Source: Yuukianura sp. NJ FZ-2021
Lineage: Eukaryota
DNA: 64,000 bases
Reading direction: 5' to 3'
Assembly: GCA_046563655.1 (NCBI GenBank)
Contig: CM102283.1
Span: 4,898,001 to 4,962,000 of the forward strand
Part shown: positions 37,807 to 53,482 of the stretch, piece after piece
How positions within the stretch are numbered: position 1 is the stretch's first letter
Layout of the letters: each line of letters starts with the position of its first letter
The notes under the pieces: generated by a model
The model's database searches: none
The model's input: the letters and a program-made list of their open reading frames with translations, nothing else
What the model was told of the DNA's origin: nothing
Program-made: the position numbers and the translations under genes

Positions 37807-38242
37807 GAAATAACATTGCGTTTAAGTTAACTGAATTTTAATTGGGACTTTGAAGAACTGCAAGGCTAAGCTAACCAATTGTGTTTTACCTAACCTAGCC
37901 TACCCTTGTTCAAAACAAAAACGTTATTGATTAAACGGGTATCGCGAAAGCAGAAGAAAGACGATCATCTGTTCTTATCTGGTGCTGCTTAAAACCCTGA
38001 TTGACGCTTGCTTGAGGTAAGGTTAACTGATTTCCTAAACTTAGCGAATAGCGACCGAAAACGTTGTCCTCATCGCCAATTTAGGGTGGTTTTACAACTT
38101 AGTAACTTATATGTTGTACTTTTACAGAGGTAGTAGCGTACTTTTAGTTATTAGATAAAGATACCATTCGAAAAAAAGTTCTTCAAAAAAAATTGTCATA
38201 ACTCTGGTTTCGATTTCTACAGGTGTGCAACTTGTTCAAATC

Positions 38243-40121
38243 ATGGAAGCCACGAAGCGCTTGAATGTAAAAAAGCAAACGCTTGATGACGCGTACGCAG
38301 CTCCGGCAAATTTCCTGGAAATTGACATCGTCAACCCAATGACTCATGGGCTTGGCAATAAGCGCTATACTGACTACGAAGTGCGTCTCAGGGTATGAAT
38401 CGTCAAGCAGTCGTATGAACAAATGTCGAACAAAGGAAATCAAGTTGAGAAATATTTTGTAACGTATTTCTATTTGTACAGACGAACTTGCCTGTTTTTC
38501 GTGTCAAAGAGTCATCCGTGAGACGCCGGTGAGCATAGTTTTAGAGTTCTGTTCGAATCAGTTCTCGTGTCGTTGATCAGCATATGATTTATCATTTACC
38601 GGTTTTTCTACCTAATGCAGCTATTCCGATTTTGAGTGGCTCAGAGGTGAACTGGAACGAGACTCGAAGATTGTTGTGCCTCCACTTCCTTCGAAGGCAT
38701 GGAAGCGACAACTACCCTTCAGGTGACATTTCTAAATTCTTGGTTTTTTTGGGGAGCTTATTTTTTGTTTGGCTCCAGGTCTGACGAAGGCATTTATGAC
38801 GACGATTTTATCGAGGAACGTAGAAAGGGGCTTGAAATATTTATCAACAAGTAGGAATCTTCTCTTGTGTTATTTCATTTCGTCCCAGCTTTGAACGTTG
38901 ACTCTGCTGATTTCCTCATAGAGTAACCATGACGACGCGATTTTTTTTCTTTTAACTAGAGTGGACATAAGGCATTTTTTCAACAAAATTTTTGAAACAT
39001 TTCCAAAGCGAAGAAAAAACCGTTTTCATCTCAAGTTTAAGCCAGGTTCACACAAACGATGAATTGCAGGTACCATTACCATTAACTTACTTAAAACTAC
39101 TTAGAATTAAGTGAGATTTTATTTCACAAGAGAGTTTAAATTCGCGAATCGGAAATACTCCGGATCTAACATTACTGACCTCTGAAAATTACAGTTTTGT
39201 TACAAGTGTTACGAATACGTAATGGCCCTATCTTAGAAACCACGCTATCCCTCTTTCTCCCTCCCCTTATACCGCCAGCTTCCAACTAGTGGAGGGAAGG
39301 CGAGAAGAGAAATTGTCAAAACTCAACTCAATGTAAGAGTTTTGCACATTACTCGAAGTTTTACGGTAACCGTGGGAGGAGTGAAATGAGAAGAGCCAAT
39401 CAGAGGAGTTTCTAAGATAAGGCCATTACTGTAGTAGTTGGGTTTAGCTTAATGGTTTCCTGTTTGGCTATGTAATGAAAATGAAACCTAGTCTTACAGT
39501 ATTGTCTAATGACCAAGCGAAGCAAAGTAAGCACGTGTGAATATTCAAAAGTGTGTTCATCCATGCTGATCAATCCTCAATTCTCCGAAGATGTCCCCTT
39601 GCTGAAGAGTTTGGAGGGTGACAACGTTAAGTAACTTTAATTTAACTTTTTCGAAAGCAATTTTAGCAGGAGGACGAATTGTTGGGTTGCTGTCACCTCT
39701 TCTAGGCATACTACTAGTCACCAGTTGTATCGTGACAGATATGGGCGGATATTTTGTCTCAAAACCCTTGCTTTTCGCAATTTTATTCATAATTTTAGAA
39801 ATTTTGAAGACTGAAAATCTAAATTTCATTTTTTGTGTGAACCTTGCTTAAACTTCGGATGAAAGCGGTTTTTTACCTCTTTTAACCTCTTTTAATTTGT
39901 TTCAAAAATTTTGTTGAAAAAATGCCTTATGTCCACTCTAGTTAAAAGAAAAAAAATCGCGTAGTCATGGTTACTCTATGGATATCCTTGTCCGTTTCTT
40001 AATTTGTTTCAGAATTGCGGGTCATCCGTTGGCACAGAATGAAAAGTGTCTGCACATCTTCTTACAAGAACCAATCATCGACAAGAACTACGTTCCTGGA
40101 AAAATGAGGAGCACCCAATAG
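38243..40121 (+). CDS. SNX3: Sorting nexin 3/12 (PX-only)
   Basis: Exons 38243-38392, 38482-38528, 38621-38722, 38779-38850 and 40013-40121 give MEATKRLNVKKQTLDDAYAAPANFLEIDIVNP...YTDYEVRLRTNLPVF...VRRRYSDFEWLRGELERDSKIVVPPLP...FIEERRKGLEIFINKIAGHPLAQNEKCLHIFLQEPIIDKNYVPGK. Confidence 0.95.
38917..39980. mobile_element. P-element-like MITE in SNX3 intron 4
   Basis: TIRs of about 80 bp starting CATAGAGTAACCATGAC. 8-bp flanks GATTTCCT and GATATCCT (a TSD with one mismatch). Confidence 0.8.
39219..39429. mobile_element. Small MITE nested within the P-like element
   Basis: Inverted termini GTAATGGCCCTATCTTAGAAAC and GTTTCTAAGATAAGGCCATTAC (one mismatch). Confidence 0.65.
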
Positions 40122-40662
40122 GTCATTCCACGGCACACCGGTTCCAGTATTCCCAGGAAGAGACGTCACTGGGCTGGACAATCTGACTGCATCAATCAAA
40201 AATCAACTTGTTTTGAGTGAGGAAGGTTCTTTCCGATGTCGAGTCAAGATGTAATTATTCACTAATTATTTAGCATAACCTATTGATTTTCTGCAAAAAT
40301 AAGATCTAATTCCGTATTGTTAAGTTTTTTCTTCTGTTTAAAATTCGACATTCCCAGAACGTTGAATCCAAGCTAAGTTGCAATTAAATTGATGAAATAA
40401 ACTGCGACCAATGACTGTTTCGGTGAAGAGTTTCAGATATTGTAAACCTTTTGTACTAAAATCCAAAAATTGGATATTTTTAGTTGGCTATTGGTAACTG
40501 TTTTATATTTTTTATTTTAATGTACAAAACTGCGGTGGCTCATTCCCGGATACTACTCAGCGAATGACCTAATGCCGGTAATATGTGTGATAATGAATTG
40601 TATTGACTTGAAACCAGCCTGCGGAACGAGTATTATGCTATCGAGATTATTTTCGTTGCATT

Positions 40663-43626
<2,964 letters not shown>

Positions 43627-44242
43627 TGCTCTTACTCGTGGTAAGGCAAGATGGCATCAATCAACTGATAAACACCAGCTCACCTGATTCCCTTCCTCGT
43701 CGCAAGATTGCTCGTATTAAAACAACGAATACGAAATTGAATCTCAAATTGTCAATAATTATCCAATTGTCGGAAACGCAACAACTTAATAACAACAACG
43801 AACTCCTTCCAGGTTAAATAAATAATCTTTACGTTTATCGAGAATGTAAATGACCCTCTGTCTGCCAATGTCTTCACCAATCACCATGCAAATACGAACT
43901 GCTTATCAGATGACTGACTACTCCACAGAATGGCAGATTCAACGAAAAGCTTGTGGCAAGTGGCAACGCCAAATTGCTGGTACAAACCATTATGTCTACC
44001 TTATGTACCTTCAATAAATTCAGAGTGGTGGCGGAGGATGAAGTTTGATTATTCATCGTTCTTCACTTTAATTTAAATTCCAATTTGCAAAAATTAAGGT
44101 TAGAAATACGGAAAATAAATATGCACACATCGGCTGGATTTCTGGATACATGTGGATGTGATTGAATTACTTCAACCCAAGCAGCTGCTAAGGGCTACAC
44201 TCGAGAAATTAGTATCAATATCAACCACTGTACAATAAAAAA

Positions 44243-45422
44243 ATGAACGATAATTGTGAGGGTCTATTAACAGAGTCTTCCGAACCAGAACCATTCGAGG
44301 TCAATGATGCTTTGAATAAGAAAGTCACCTTGATTCATGGCGACATTACTGAGCTGGAGGTGGATGCCATTGTGAACGCTGCCAACGATCAGCTCTTGCC
44401 GGGAGCCGGAGGTAAGCTGGGAACAGTATATTCTCGTAAATCTACAATTTTATTAACAGTTCAATGATTTCGCAGTGTGCGGAGCCATCCACGATGCAGC
44501 TGGGGAAGACTTGGCCAAAGAGTGTATGAGTCTAGATGGCTGCCCTGAGGGAGACGCTAAAATCACGGGAGGATACGATCTTCCAGCAAAACGTAAGCAA
44601 AATGAAGTAACTGATTATACAGCACAAGTCAGAGCGTTGCGTTTAATTGAAAAATTATCTTGGTGAAGATGTTATCCATACTGTTGGACCACACGGCGAG
44701 AAACCCGACATTTTACGCAGCTGCTACAAACGCTGTTTTGAAGTTCTATTAGAAAATAACCTCAAATCAATCGTTAGTACAAATAAAAAAAAAACACCAA
44801 TAGTACTATGAATTAAGCAAAAGTTAATTAAAGATTTGTGTTTGCAGGCATTTCCGTGCGTAGGCACAGGAATTTACGGTGAGTCAACGACCATTAGAAT
44901 TATATGAACGAAAGCAAGGTAACTTCTGGTCGTAATTTAAACAAAACAAAAAACAAATCTTAGGATTCCCAAATCAGTTGGCATCGGAAATTGCGCTTGA
45001 AGAGACGCGACTGTTTCTGGAAAAACATCATGAACAGGTTGGTTTTTTTAAGTATAATTTCGTTTCCCCCCAGACATCCAATACGTTTCAGCCTGGCTTC
45101 CCACGGTCTCACCTCATTATCAGCTCTAAACATACTGCTCGCTAAGCCCTAACTTTAAAGTTAAGGCTTTGGGAGCAGTAAGTTTAGCCTAAAAAGCTTA
45201 CTCGTTAGATTACCTAACTTTCTAGTTTCTAAGCTGGAAACGTGACCTTGGAATTTGGAAAATCCGGCTGAAACATCCAAGGCGCCGATTTATTTAGTAT
45301 TAATTTGCTGTTAAAAACAGGTGGATGGAGTTACCTTCTGCGTTTTCCTGTCAAAGGATCTCAAAATTTACCAAAACAAGATACCCTTGTTTTTCCCTGG
45401 CTATGATTTTAACCGCAGTTAA
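44243..45422 (+). CDS. Macrodomain protein (MacroD/YmdB-type ADP-ribose hydrolase family)
   Basis: Six exons (44243-44411 through 45321-45422). Motifs: [74 protein letters not shown] and FCVF. Confidence 0.9.
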
Positions 45423-45858
45423 ATCGATTTCCATGCTATCACCTTTTAATTCATTGGTGTGTTCCAAATTAATAAAAACAATTAAAAAAAAATTAGAGAA
45501 GTGAGGTGCTTGGTTGCATCAATTGAATTGTGTCAACGACACTTGTGTCGGATACGGTTCTAGGTCTAATACGTACTCTTACACGTCTTTTTATTATTTC
45601 TAACAAGGGAACAGACGATTTATAATAATAATAATCGTTCTCATCATCCACATAATAATCAACAAATCTAATTTTAAAAAAATACAAAAGTAGTACATGA
45701 GAAGGGAGATAATAAAAACAACAATGGTAGACCGAACTTGGAATTCGGAAGGTGGATGAGGGTTTTACTCTTATTTTAGCACAGGCGGAGTTCAGTATGA
45801 TCCAGAGTATTTGTATTGTGTCGTAATGTGATTGACGACTGACTCGTGCCTTCTTGTC

Positions 45859-46998
45859 TCATGAGATGTAAACTCGCGTGTATGTCCTGACCGTCTTCCG
45901 GCATAGAGGACAACGGTTGTCGCTTCTCACCAATTCGTGGCAGCAGTCTCTAAAAATTACCAAAATAACGTTATAACGTATTACAACGGCATATAAAACC
46001 AAGAAATGCTTACTTGCAGATACAGATGTGATTGCACGGAGTGGCTAAATAGGTAACAGGATTCTCGAAGCAAACGACACATATACCGCTAGCGTTTCTT
46101 GGAGCGTCGGGCTCCATTCGCTTAAAGGTGTCATTGGAACTCAAGCCGTGGTCCCGGCTCGCGTTAATTTGTGCCCGATGGCGGTGAGACGAAAACAGAG
46201 ATGTAGCGAAATGATGACAGAATGTAAGTACTCTGCGACTCCATTGGAAGCTGGCTGCAAATAACTGCCGAAGAGGAAAGCGACGAAATACAATATAGGC
46301 GATTATCACTATCGCCAAACCGGTGTAAGACGATAGCGTTATTGACGAAGACAACTTCTGTGGCAGTGTGAGGATAACGTATAAGAAGCCCTTGATGGTG
46401 CTGAATAGGTAGAGCGGCGTTGAAATCAGATTGATCCAGGCGCTGAGCAAGGCACTCGTGATGAACTTACAAAATGATAAAAAGGAATCACCGATTAGAG
46501 AGAGCGTGAGAGTAATAGCGACACCGACTTGCTCCGGAAGAATGATAAGTGAAGTAATAGATGTGGTTATTAAGTCGAAACATGACTTTAGCGCAAACGC
46601 CACTGTGGTCCACACGTACTGGACGAAGGAGATTGCGTCTGCGAATGTAATCACGAATGCTGTAAATAGGAATTAAATACTAAATTTGGTGTACATTAAC
46701 GCTGCTATTTGAGTTTAAATAAATGACCGTTACTAGCCTTACCATCTATAATATGTCCAATTGCATAATAAATCAAGAATCCAGTTTCTACTATCCCAAC
46801 AACTGTTTGAAGGCAGAATTCGGCGTAATATCCAACTGCAGTGAGCACGTGGTAGAAAAGTAACACAACGTCCACAATGTTGAATGTTAACCATTTTCCA
46901 GCGACGTAGCTTACACCAAGCAAAAATTCCAATGTTCCCATTACCCAAACTATGAAACTTTGGGCGTCGTAGATTATGTCTAAGTCTAAGTCCAGCAT
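45859..46998 (-). CDS. RNF26: Multi-pass membrane RING E3 ubiquitin ligase, RNF26-like
   Basis: Exons 46998-46743, 46659-46014 and 45949-45859. Long hydrophobic N-terminal region, then CVVCFENPVTYLATPCNHICICKDCCHELVRSDNRCPLCRKTVRTYTRVYIS*. Confidence 0.8.
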
Positions 46999-48211
46999 CG
47001 TTACTCCGGCACCAATTTCACTTCCTAAAATATGCACGACACATTTTTACAACATCCCAGGATGCGGTTGTTGATATTTCAGCAAGGTAAAGTTTGATCA
47101 AAAGTTACTTTTTGCTTAACTGAACTGAAGGTAGTACCAGCATTGAATTATCCAAACGAACCTCAGCAATAATTGTCGAATTGTCCAGAAGACGAGTCCT
47201 ATCCTGTCCCTCCACTCCAGCCAGAGTCAATATCGTTCCAAAAATGAAAAACCAAAAATTATCGGTGTAAAATGCTTTTGTTTTTAAAGCAAGCACAGTA
47301 AAAAAAAAACAGGCTGGTTGAGGTAAGGTTGTACGATGCTCCTTTGTACTTCACCGTTCTATCTACTACCGCAGCTCCCGACTCCGCGGACGCAACTTTT
47401 GTATGTTGCCACTAGCAACGTGCCAATTTATATCAGTTCAAGTTAGTGAAATGTAAAGCGAAATTTATGAATGACCGGACTGGTCACGCAGTGTAGCTAC
47501 AATGATGACTCTTAATCCCTACCCCAATGTGCCTTATCCAAAACCCACAAAAAAAAAGATGAAGAAAACGCCTGACTATTCCCCGTACATGTCAGAAATC
47601 GAAGCGCGCCATTAGGCCCTCCCAGCGCCTAAGCAGAAGCACTTTGGGCCCTCACTCGTTCTTTTGATGTAATTTTAATTTTTTTAAATTTTTCTGTTTC
47701 AAATTAAGGTTAGGTTAGATTAGGTTTTTGAATAGGTTTCGCTTGTTGGAAGACGAAAACAAGAAGTTTTGGTAGGATTTTTAGGGCCTAAAGGTTTAGG
47801 GCTAAAGGCATGGAACCTTCAGAAACTCATGATTCATGAATAAAAATTAATAAGCAACCAAAAAAAAAAAACGTCTGAGCGCAAACGTCGTAAATGCCAA
47901 GCGTTTAGTGGATTGAACATTGCATATTGAACAATATCCATGCATTCAAGTTTATCCATAATCTGTTTACTGCTAGAAGGAAAAGACGCCTAGAATAAAA
48001 CAAAAAAAGTAACTAAACGTAAATCAAGAAAAAGGAGCGAATCATTAACTTAAGTGATATTAGGATAAATAACTGTAAGGTATAAGGTATCTAAGGATTT
48101 AGGCATCTTCTAAAGTGGTACCGATAGGTAGTTTAATTGATAATACACAGCACTCAATTTTAGCACAATCACCATGTCATGGGATTTCCGTAATTAATTG
48201 CAACGCAACTA

Positions 48212-50795
48212 TTAGCTGAACACTTTAGATGGGAGGTTTGGTCGTGTACCTACTCCCTTGCAAAAGTCGTACACAAGTTGACAAACTTCGGCTCCCAACA
48301 AATCTGCATTCTCCTGTGTGTCTGCCTCAGCAAAGACTCGCACGATATCCTCGGTTCCTGATGGTCTACACATGGCGCATGCATAAATAACATCTTTAAT
48401 AAATATCTTTCATCAATTTTACTTTCAACATAACTAATACCTCGCTGCACTTACCGGAAAAAGCTCCTCCCATTCTTATACTTGGCTGTAAGCGCGTCTA
48501 CTTTCTCCTGTACTCCGGCTGGACTTTCAACATTGACCTTTGGCCCATCATCCCTCACTTCGATTGAATTTCTGTCTTCTACATAAACCTTCAGAAGGCG
48601 ATTTGGAAAATCCGTATAAATGGCATCCCAGTCCTCGATACTCCAACCACGAGAGTGTAAAATAGCTTCCACTGTTAGCATGTCGGAAAGAGCATCTCCC
48701 ACATACTGATTGATGAGTTGCATGAAATGAGACAACTCAATTGCAGCAACATTGCCTCCTTTTCTAGAATACACAGAGAAACGCTTTTGCTAAAGAGAGG
48801 CTGAGCGGTATTGAGCCAATTAATTCGGATGAAAATGAGACCTACTCCGCCGCTTGCGTAATGGCATCCACCGCTGTTTTGTTAAAAACGACTGTGCCGT
48901 GTCCGTTGGCTTCCACGTAAACACCAATATCGAAATTGGTTATAGCTGCATGATGCAAGTGCTTAACTCCAGTACGAGCGAAGCAAACAGGAATTCCCTG
49001 AATGCCAGAACACAATAAAATATATTAAGATATCAAGGTATATGAATGATAAAATATAATAATAAAATGTTGTATCAGTCTCACGAGTTGATTCTGAACA
49101 TAATTTGTCGAACTTCCATTTGCATACGCAGTTTGCACAAGGCCGAACCTGAGCCCGGAAATTCCAGAGTCCCTAACAAGCTCACCCAAGTGCTGAGCGA
49201 ACAAAACTCCAATCTTGTCTCCGTCAAGCATTCGGAACGTCTTTTGGTTGTCATAATAGAAGTAAATGACACGATCAGCATCTCCATCGAAGCTGACGCA
49301 ACGTGCGAGCGGCTCAACTGGGAAGTTTTGTGGTCCACGAATTTCAACTTTTACAAAGTCTGCTCCGCACTATACATACACATACTGTACAGTGACTTGA
49401 TTTCGCAACTGAACACCCAAAATTCGTCGTCGTGAGGGCATGTGACAACATTACTTTGGATGGATTACCTCGTGATTCAGCACTCCACCGCTTTTTCCAT
49501 CGTTGAAGATTTTAATGTCAAGTGATTCGGCTGGAATCCGCTTCGCTATTTCATACACAGCGTCAGCACCAACACCGTTGGCGCCATCGAATAAAAGGGA
49601 AGGCACATAGGCTCCAGTTCTCGGTTTCTGAAATCCAATTTGCAAGCTAATGAATTCGCATTTCAAACGTAGATTTGAAAAATGGGTTAGTTTACTAATA
49701 ATAGTATTACCAGGGCAATGATGTTCCGGAAAGCTGCGGATAGTTGCGAGTAGTAGCAATCGGCGTACGGTTCCTTGAAATCTTGAGGATTGTTGGCGCA
49801 GACAACCAGGTAGTGGAGCAACGGAGTTGTTGTGACACCGCAGTCGACAAAATGAGCGTCAGTGTCAACGGAATTCACCCCGAACTGCAGAGCCTTTGAG
49901 TATTCAATTCCACTTTGCCTGCAAATTCGACATAATACAGCATACTTCAATTCTCTGAGGAGATTGATTGGTTGATGTACATTAAGCTTGAGTTTACCTT
50001 GTGTCTCTCCCCAAATACACCGAACTTTTGACACTCATATCCACCTTCTCTTTCCTTATGACCTCCTGGACTGTGGAACACAAATCTTCGTCACCGACAT
50101 TCGCGATCACTGCGGCATGCAGTTCCCAAGACGCTGTAAGCATATCACCTGCAGGATCTATCAACTTCAGGCCATTGTCGCCTACTGGATTGTGAGAAGC
50201 CGTAATCATAACCCCCACGGTAGCTGAAAAAGAAAACAGGGGGTTAGGATGGTACAGCAGGAGTAAGGTAAGTAAGGTACCTAAACAAAAACTAAGTTCG
50301 AAGATGTTAGAATTCAACGCATGATACGAAAGTGTTAATCTTACCTTTAGTACTCTTAGATCGGAGGGCAGCCAAAATCCCCATTCGAAACATAACATGG
50401 TGCAACAGAGACTCCCTGTAATTTTAGTTAAAATTGGTTGGAGAGTACTAGATCCGCAGTCTGTTTTTCTTGTAGTGCGAGTTAGGTTATCAAATCAGGC
50501 AGGACACAGTGCACGGTGTTGAAGGTGAGGGTGCCGTGCACTGTGTCCTGATTTGATAACCTAACTAAAAGAACTAAAAAGAAAAACAGGACTGCGGATC
50601 TACTCTCCAACCTTAAAATTCTAGCAAAAGACATTCATCAGGAAGAAGAATAAGCAATGAAAGAAGTTAATTTAAGGTTTACTTGTTTCTAATTCCAGCA
50701 GTTCCATAGCCAAGGAAAATGTTATGACTCCTGGGATACTTGACGGAAGCGTCCGTTATTCGGTTGAGTATCAACGATAAAAGATCCGGCTTCAT
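48212..50795 (-). CDS. PGM3: Phosphoacetylglucosamine mutase (AGM1)
   Basis: ATG at 50795. Motifs: YGTAG, GVMITASHNPVGDNGLKLIDPAGDML, YLGRDTR, TTPLLHY, DGANGVGA, SFDGDADR, LDGDKI, VQTAYANGSST, EANGHGTV, INQYVGDALSDML and RSFFRPSGTEDIVRVFAEA. Stop TAA at 48214-48212. Confidence 0.96.
50436..50612. mobile_element. 177-bp fold-back MITE in PGM3 intron 1
   Basis: Nearly the whole element is an inverted repeat (GGTTGGAGAGTA...TACTCTCCAACC; AGTTAGGTTATCAAATCAGG...CCTGATTTGATAACCTAACT; CAGGACACAGTGCACGG...CCGTGCACTGTGTCCTG). Exact 8-bp TSD TTAAAATT at 50428-50435 and 50613-50620. Confidence 0.88.
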
Positions 50796-51069
50796 TTTGT
50801 TACAACGTTAGAAGCAAAAGTGCCAGCTGATGACGCACGCAGATCGCTACCGTCGCGATACCGGACGCGGTGAGTGACGTGGACACAAAATGTAAGTTGG
50901 AAGTAAATACAAAAGCCGGTAACATCGCAGTATCGCAGTAGAATGGAGAATGCGATTTTTCAGAGGATTAGGAACTCCAGTCCAGATGACTTTTATCACG
51001 GTAGGAATTGTTCAATTTGAAATTTGGGCCAAGACTAAAAGCCTGAAATGCTGTCTGAAGTGCCCCTAA

Positions 51070-51864
51070 GGCCTAGTTTCCATTACTCGGATAAGAGAGT
51101 AACTCTCCCAAATGAGTAATGGAAATGGGTAGGGTAACCCCTACTCAATCGCGTTTCCATTACTCGAGTAGAAAGAGAGTAACTCACTTTCTTACCCGGA
51201 TAAGAGGGTAAGATCTTATCCGGGTAGAACAAGTCGAGTAATGTAAACGAGGTTGCGAGTTAGATTTTGAACTTCGCACACAATTTCTCACGTGACTGGT
51301 GTTTCAAACTTGAGACAATTTGAAATTGTTATTATTTTTTTATTGTTTTCATTGTGAAAATCGGATTTAAACATTTTCTGACTTCCTAAAATTCGTTTTC
51401 GTTTTGACGTTTGCTTTGTGTCTGCTGCTTGTGATTAATTTGTTCAATATAGTATATTTCAAGGACAATCAGCAGTGATTAATCATTAACCAGCACTTAT
51501 ACTAATGTACACGCACAAAGTCGGTTAATTAACTGCTAAACAGACGTATTGGTCTAATTAATCGTTCAAAGTAATACATTAATCCGCAGTATGCAATAAT
51601 ATGCTAATTGAAAGCAACGGATACAATTGTTAAGGTTGTTAAGTGCAAAAAGTACTTGTTGTAGTAATTGTGTTTAGAATTGCAGCTGTGCTTCTCCAGT
51701 CTCAACGAGAAAATAGGACGAGTCAATTTGGAAGTTTGTTGATCACGTGTGAAAAAGTGCGCAAAACTCATATCTTACTCGCTTCCTAAATGTCATTGGA
51801 ACGCGGGTAATTTTTACTCGGGTAGTACCCGAGTAACTTCTACCCGAGTAATGGAAACTAAGGG
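51070..51864. mobile_element. PIF/Harbinger-like MITE
   Basis: Termini share TAGTTTCCATTACTCGG in inverted orientation, with TAA on both flanks and many subterminal TTACTC/GAGTAA motifs. Confidence 0.7.
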
Positions 51865-51867
51865 TAA

Positions 51868-52503
51868 CTAGAAAGACAACCGTGGCCGTGGTCAGTAGTG
51901 TTCGAATGTTCATTTAATAAGTAACTGTGCTTACAAGGTACGGAAAACACCTCTTTTCCATTCTCATCTCGAGGAACAAAAAATATAACATAATGATGGA
52001 TTCACATTACACGTACACCGCAACTCGCATATTTCTGCTCGAATTCTGGGTGGTCTCTGCTGATGCGCGTTCACACTAGAGATTGGAACGTGCAGAAAAT
52101 TTTATCAAAAGTTGCGGGCAGCTTTTTCTGCCGAAAGGAGTTGCGGCTTCTGTACACACTCACAAAACAGCGGCAGAAAAACTGCTCCAAAAGGGTGGTG
52201 CAGACAAGATTTTGTGAGCTTCGTCAAACGAAGCTGAAAAGCAGAAACTGGATGTCTTCGTCTTCCCCTATTCTCGAAGTGAAAGCGTGGACATATGAAC
52301 GCGACTTTTGCTGTGCCTCCTTTGAAGCGTCTGCCAGCAACTTTCCTTATCATTCGGGCCTCGAGAAAAGGTACACTGTGAACACGCAACTCGCAGAAAG
52401 CAGAAAACTGTGACAACTTGCAACTAGTAGCAGAAAGTCTGCGAGTAAGTTGCTGTGTAATGTGAATTCAGCATAATTCCAGAAGTCTGACTAAAAGTCT
52501 GAA
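51868..52503 (-). mobile_element. Dispersed repeat with a Helitron-like 3' end (copy 2), interrupted by a MITE
   Basis: The minus strand ends ...CCACGGCCACGGTTGTCTTTCTAG|T. It aligns to 37637-37806 once 51994-52473 is removed. Confidence 0.6.
51994..52473. mobile_element. Tourist/Harbinger-like MITE (480 bp)
   Basis: TIRs TGATGGATTCACATTACAC and (reverse complement) TGCTGAATTCACATTACAC, with a TAA TSD at 51991-51993 and 52474-52476. The empty site is visible in the paralogous repeat near 37665. Confidence 0.8.
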
Positions 52504-52954
52504 GCGCTATCGCTGTCGGGACTTCCGATATGGAAGTGTCTGTAACTTTGCCTAGGAGCGTGGGAAATGACTGGAAACCACAAAAACAATTCTCCCGTGA
52601 CATCCCTACCCGTTTTCGTTTCTACCACTGGGATACTGGGAAATGCTAGGGAAAAAACTTTTAAACAAAATAAAATACTTTTATTTTGCCATCCGAAGGG
52701 GAACCTAAAAAATGACTTCCCAATTCTTAGTTTTTCGTGTTCCACCACCTGGAAATGGTGGGAAGTCCCCAGCGGAGAAACTACCCTATTAAATTCCTAT
52801 TAAATTAAATACAAATCAATATCGTATAAAGCCACGGCGACCCAAGTTTTGCAAATTATTTGAGAAAGTTAAAAACATCGTTATTAGACAACCTGGTGTA
52901 GTATAAACAATTTGTTTGTTTACGAACCTTAATTTCACATAAGATGGGGAAAAT

Positions 52955-53482
52955 TGCAGTGTTCTTGGTAAATTCCGATTTGCATGAAAATTTGTTTCTA
53001 GACTAATTTGAGGGTGCTGAACACGAATATGACAAAATTTTTCCGCCGAAACTACTTTTTCAAATTTTTGAAAAAAAAAATTTTTTGGATGGTTTTTGGC
53101 CTCCGATACGGATGAAAAGTGTATACCTATAAGCTCAGCATTTACCTATAAGCAAACCTAACCTACAAATGGAATCACTATTGTCAACATAACCAAACCC
53201 AACAAACACCGCGCCTTCGGCGCGGGAAATTGAAAGTCATTTCGTTATTTGAGAAGTCCACCTAAATCTGATTCCAGATTCGAGTTTAGCAAGCCGAAAT
53301 TAGTCTGGAAAATAAATGCAAATCGGACACAAAAAAAATTCCAAAATTTTTTTTTTCAAAATTTTGGAAAAAATTGAAAAGGTGGTTTCTGCGGAAAAAT
53401 TTTGTCATATCCGTGTGCAGCACCCTCAAATTAGTCTAGAAAAAAATTTTCATGCAAATCGGAATTTACCAAGAACTTTGCA
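52955..53482. repeat. ~130-bp inverted repeat pair (MITE-like) enclosing a GC hairpin
   Basis: GTTCTTGGTAAATTCCGATTTGCATGAAAA...CTAGACTAATTTGAGGGTGCTG is mirrored at about 53345-53482. Internal hairpin CCGCGCC-TTC-GGCGCGG at 53209-53225. Confidence 0.75.

Noticed and set aside
45080-45280. Possible MITE in macrodomain intron 5 (GTTTCAGCC...GGCTGAAAC)
   Set aside because: The inverted match is only about 9 bp with no clean TSD.
51090-51190. GTAGGGTAACC / AGAGTAAC motifs resembling the LINE 5'UTR repeat
   Set aside because: The matches are only 8-11 bp and are explained by the MITE's own TTACTC/GAGTAA subterminal repeats.
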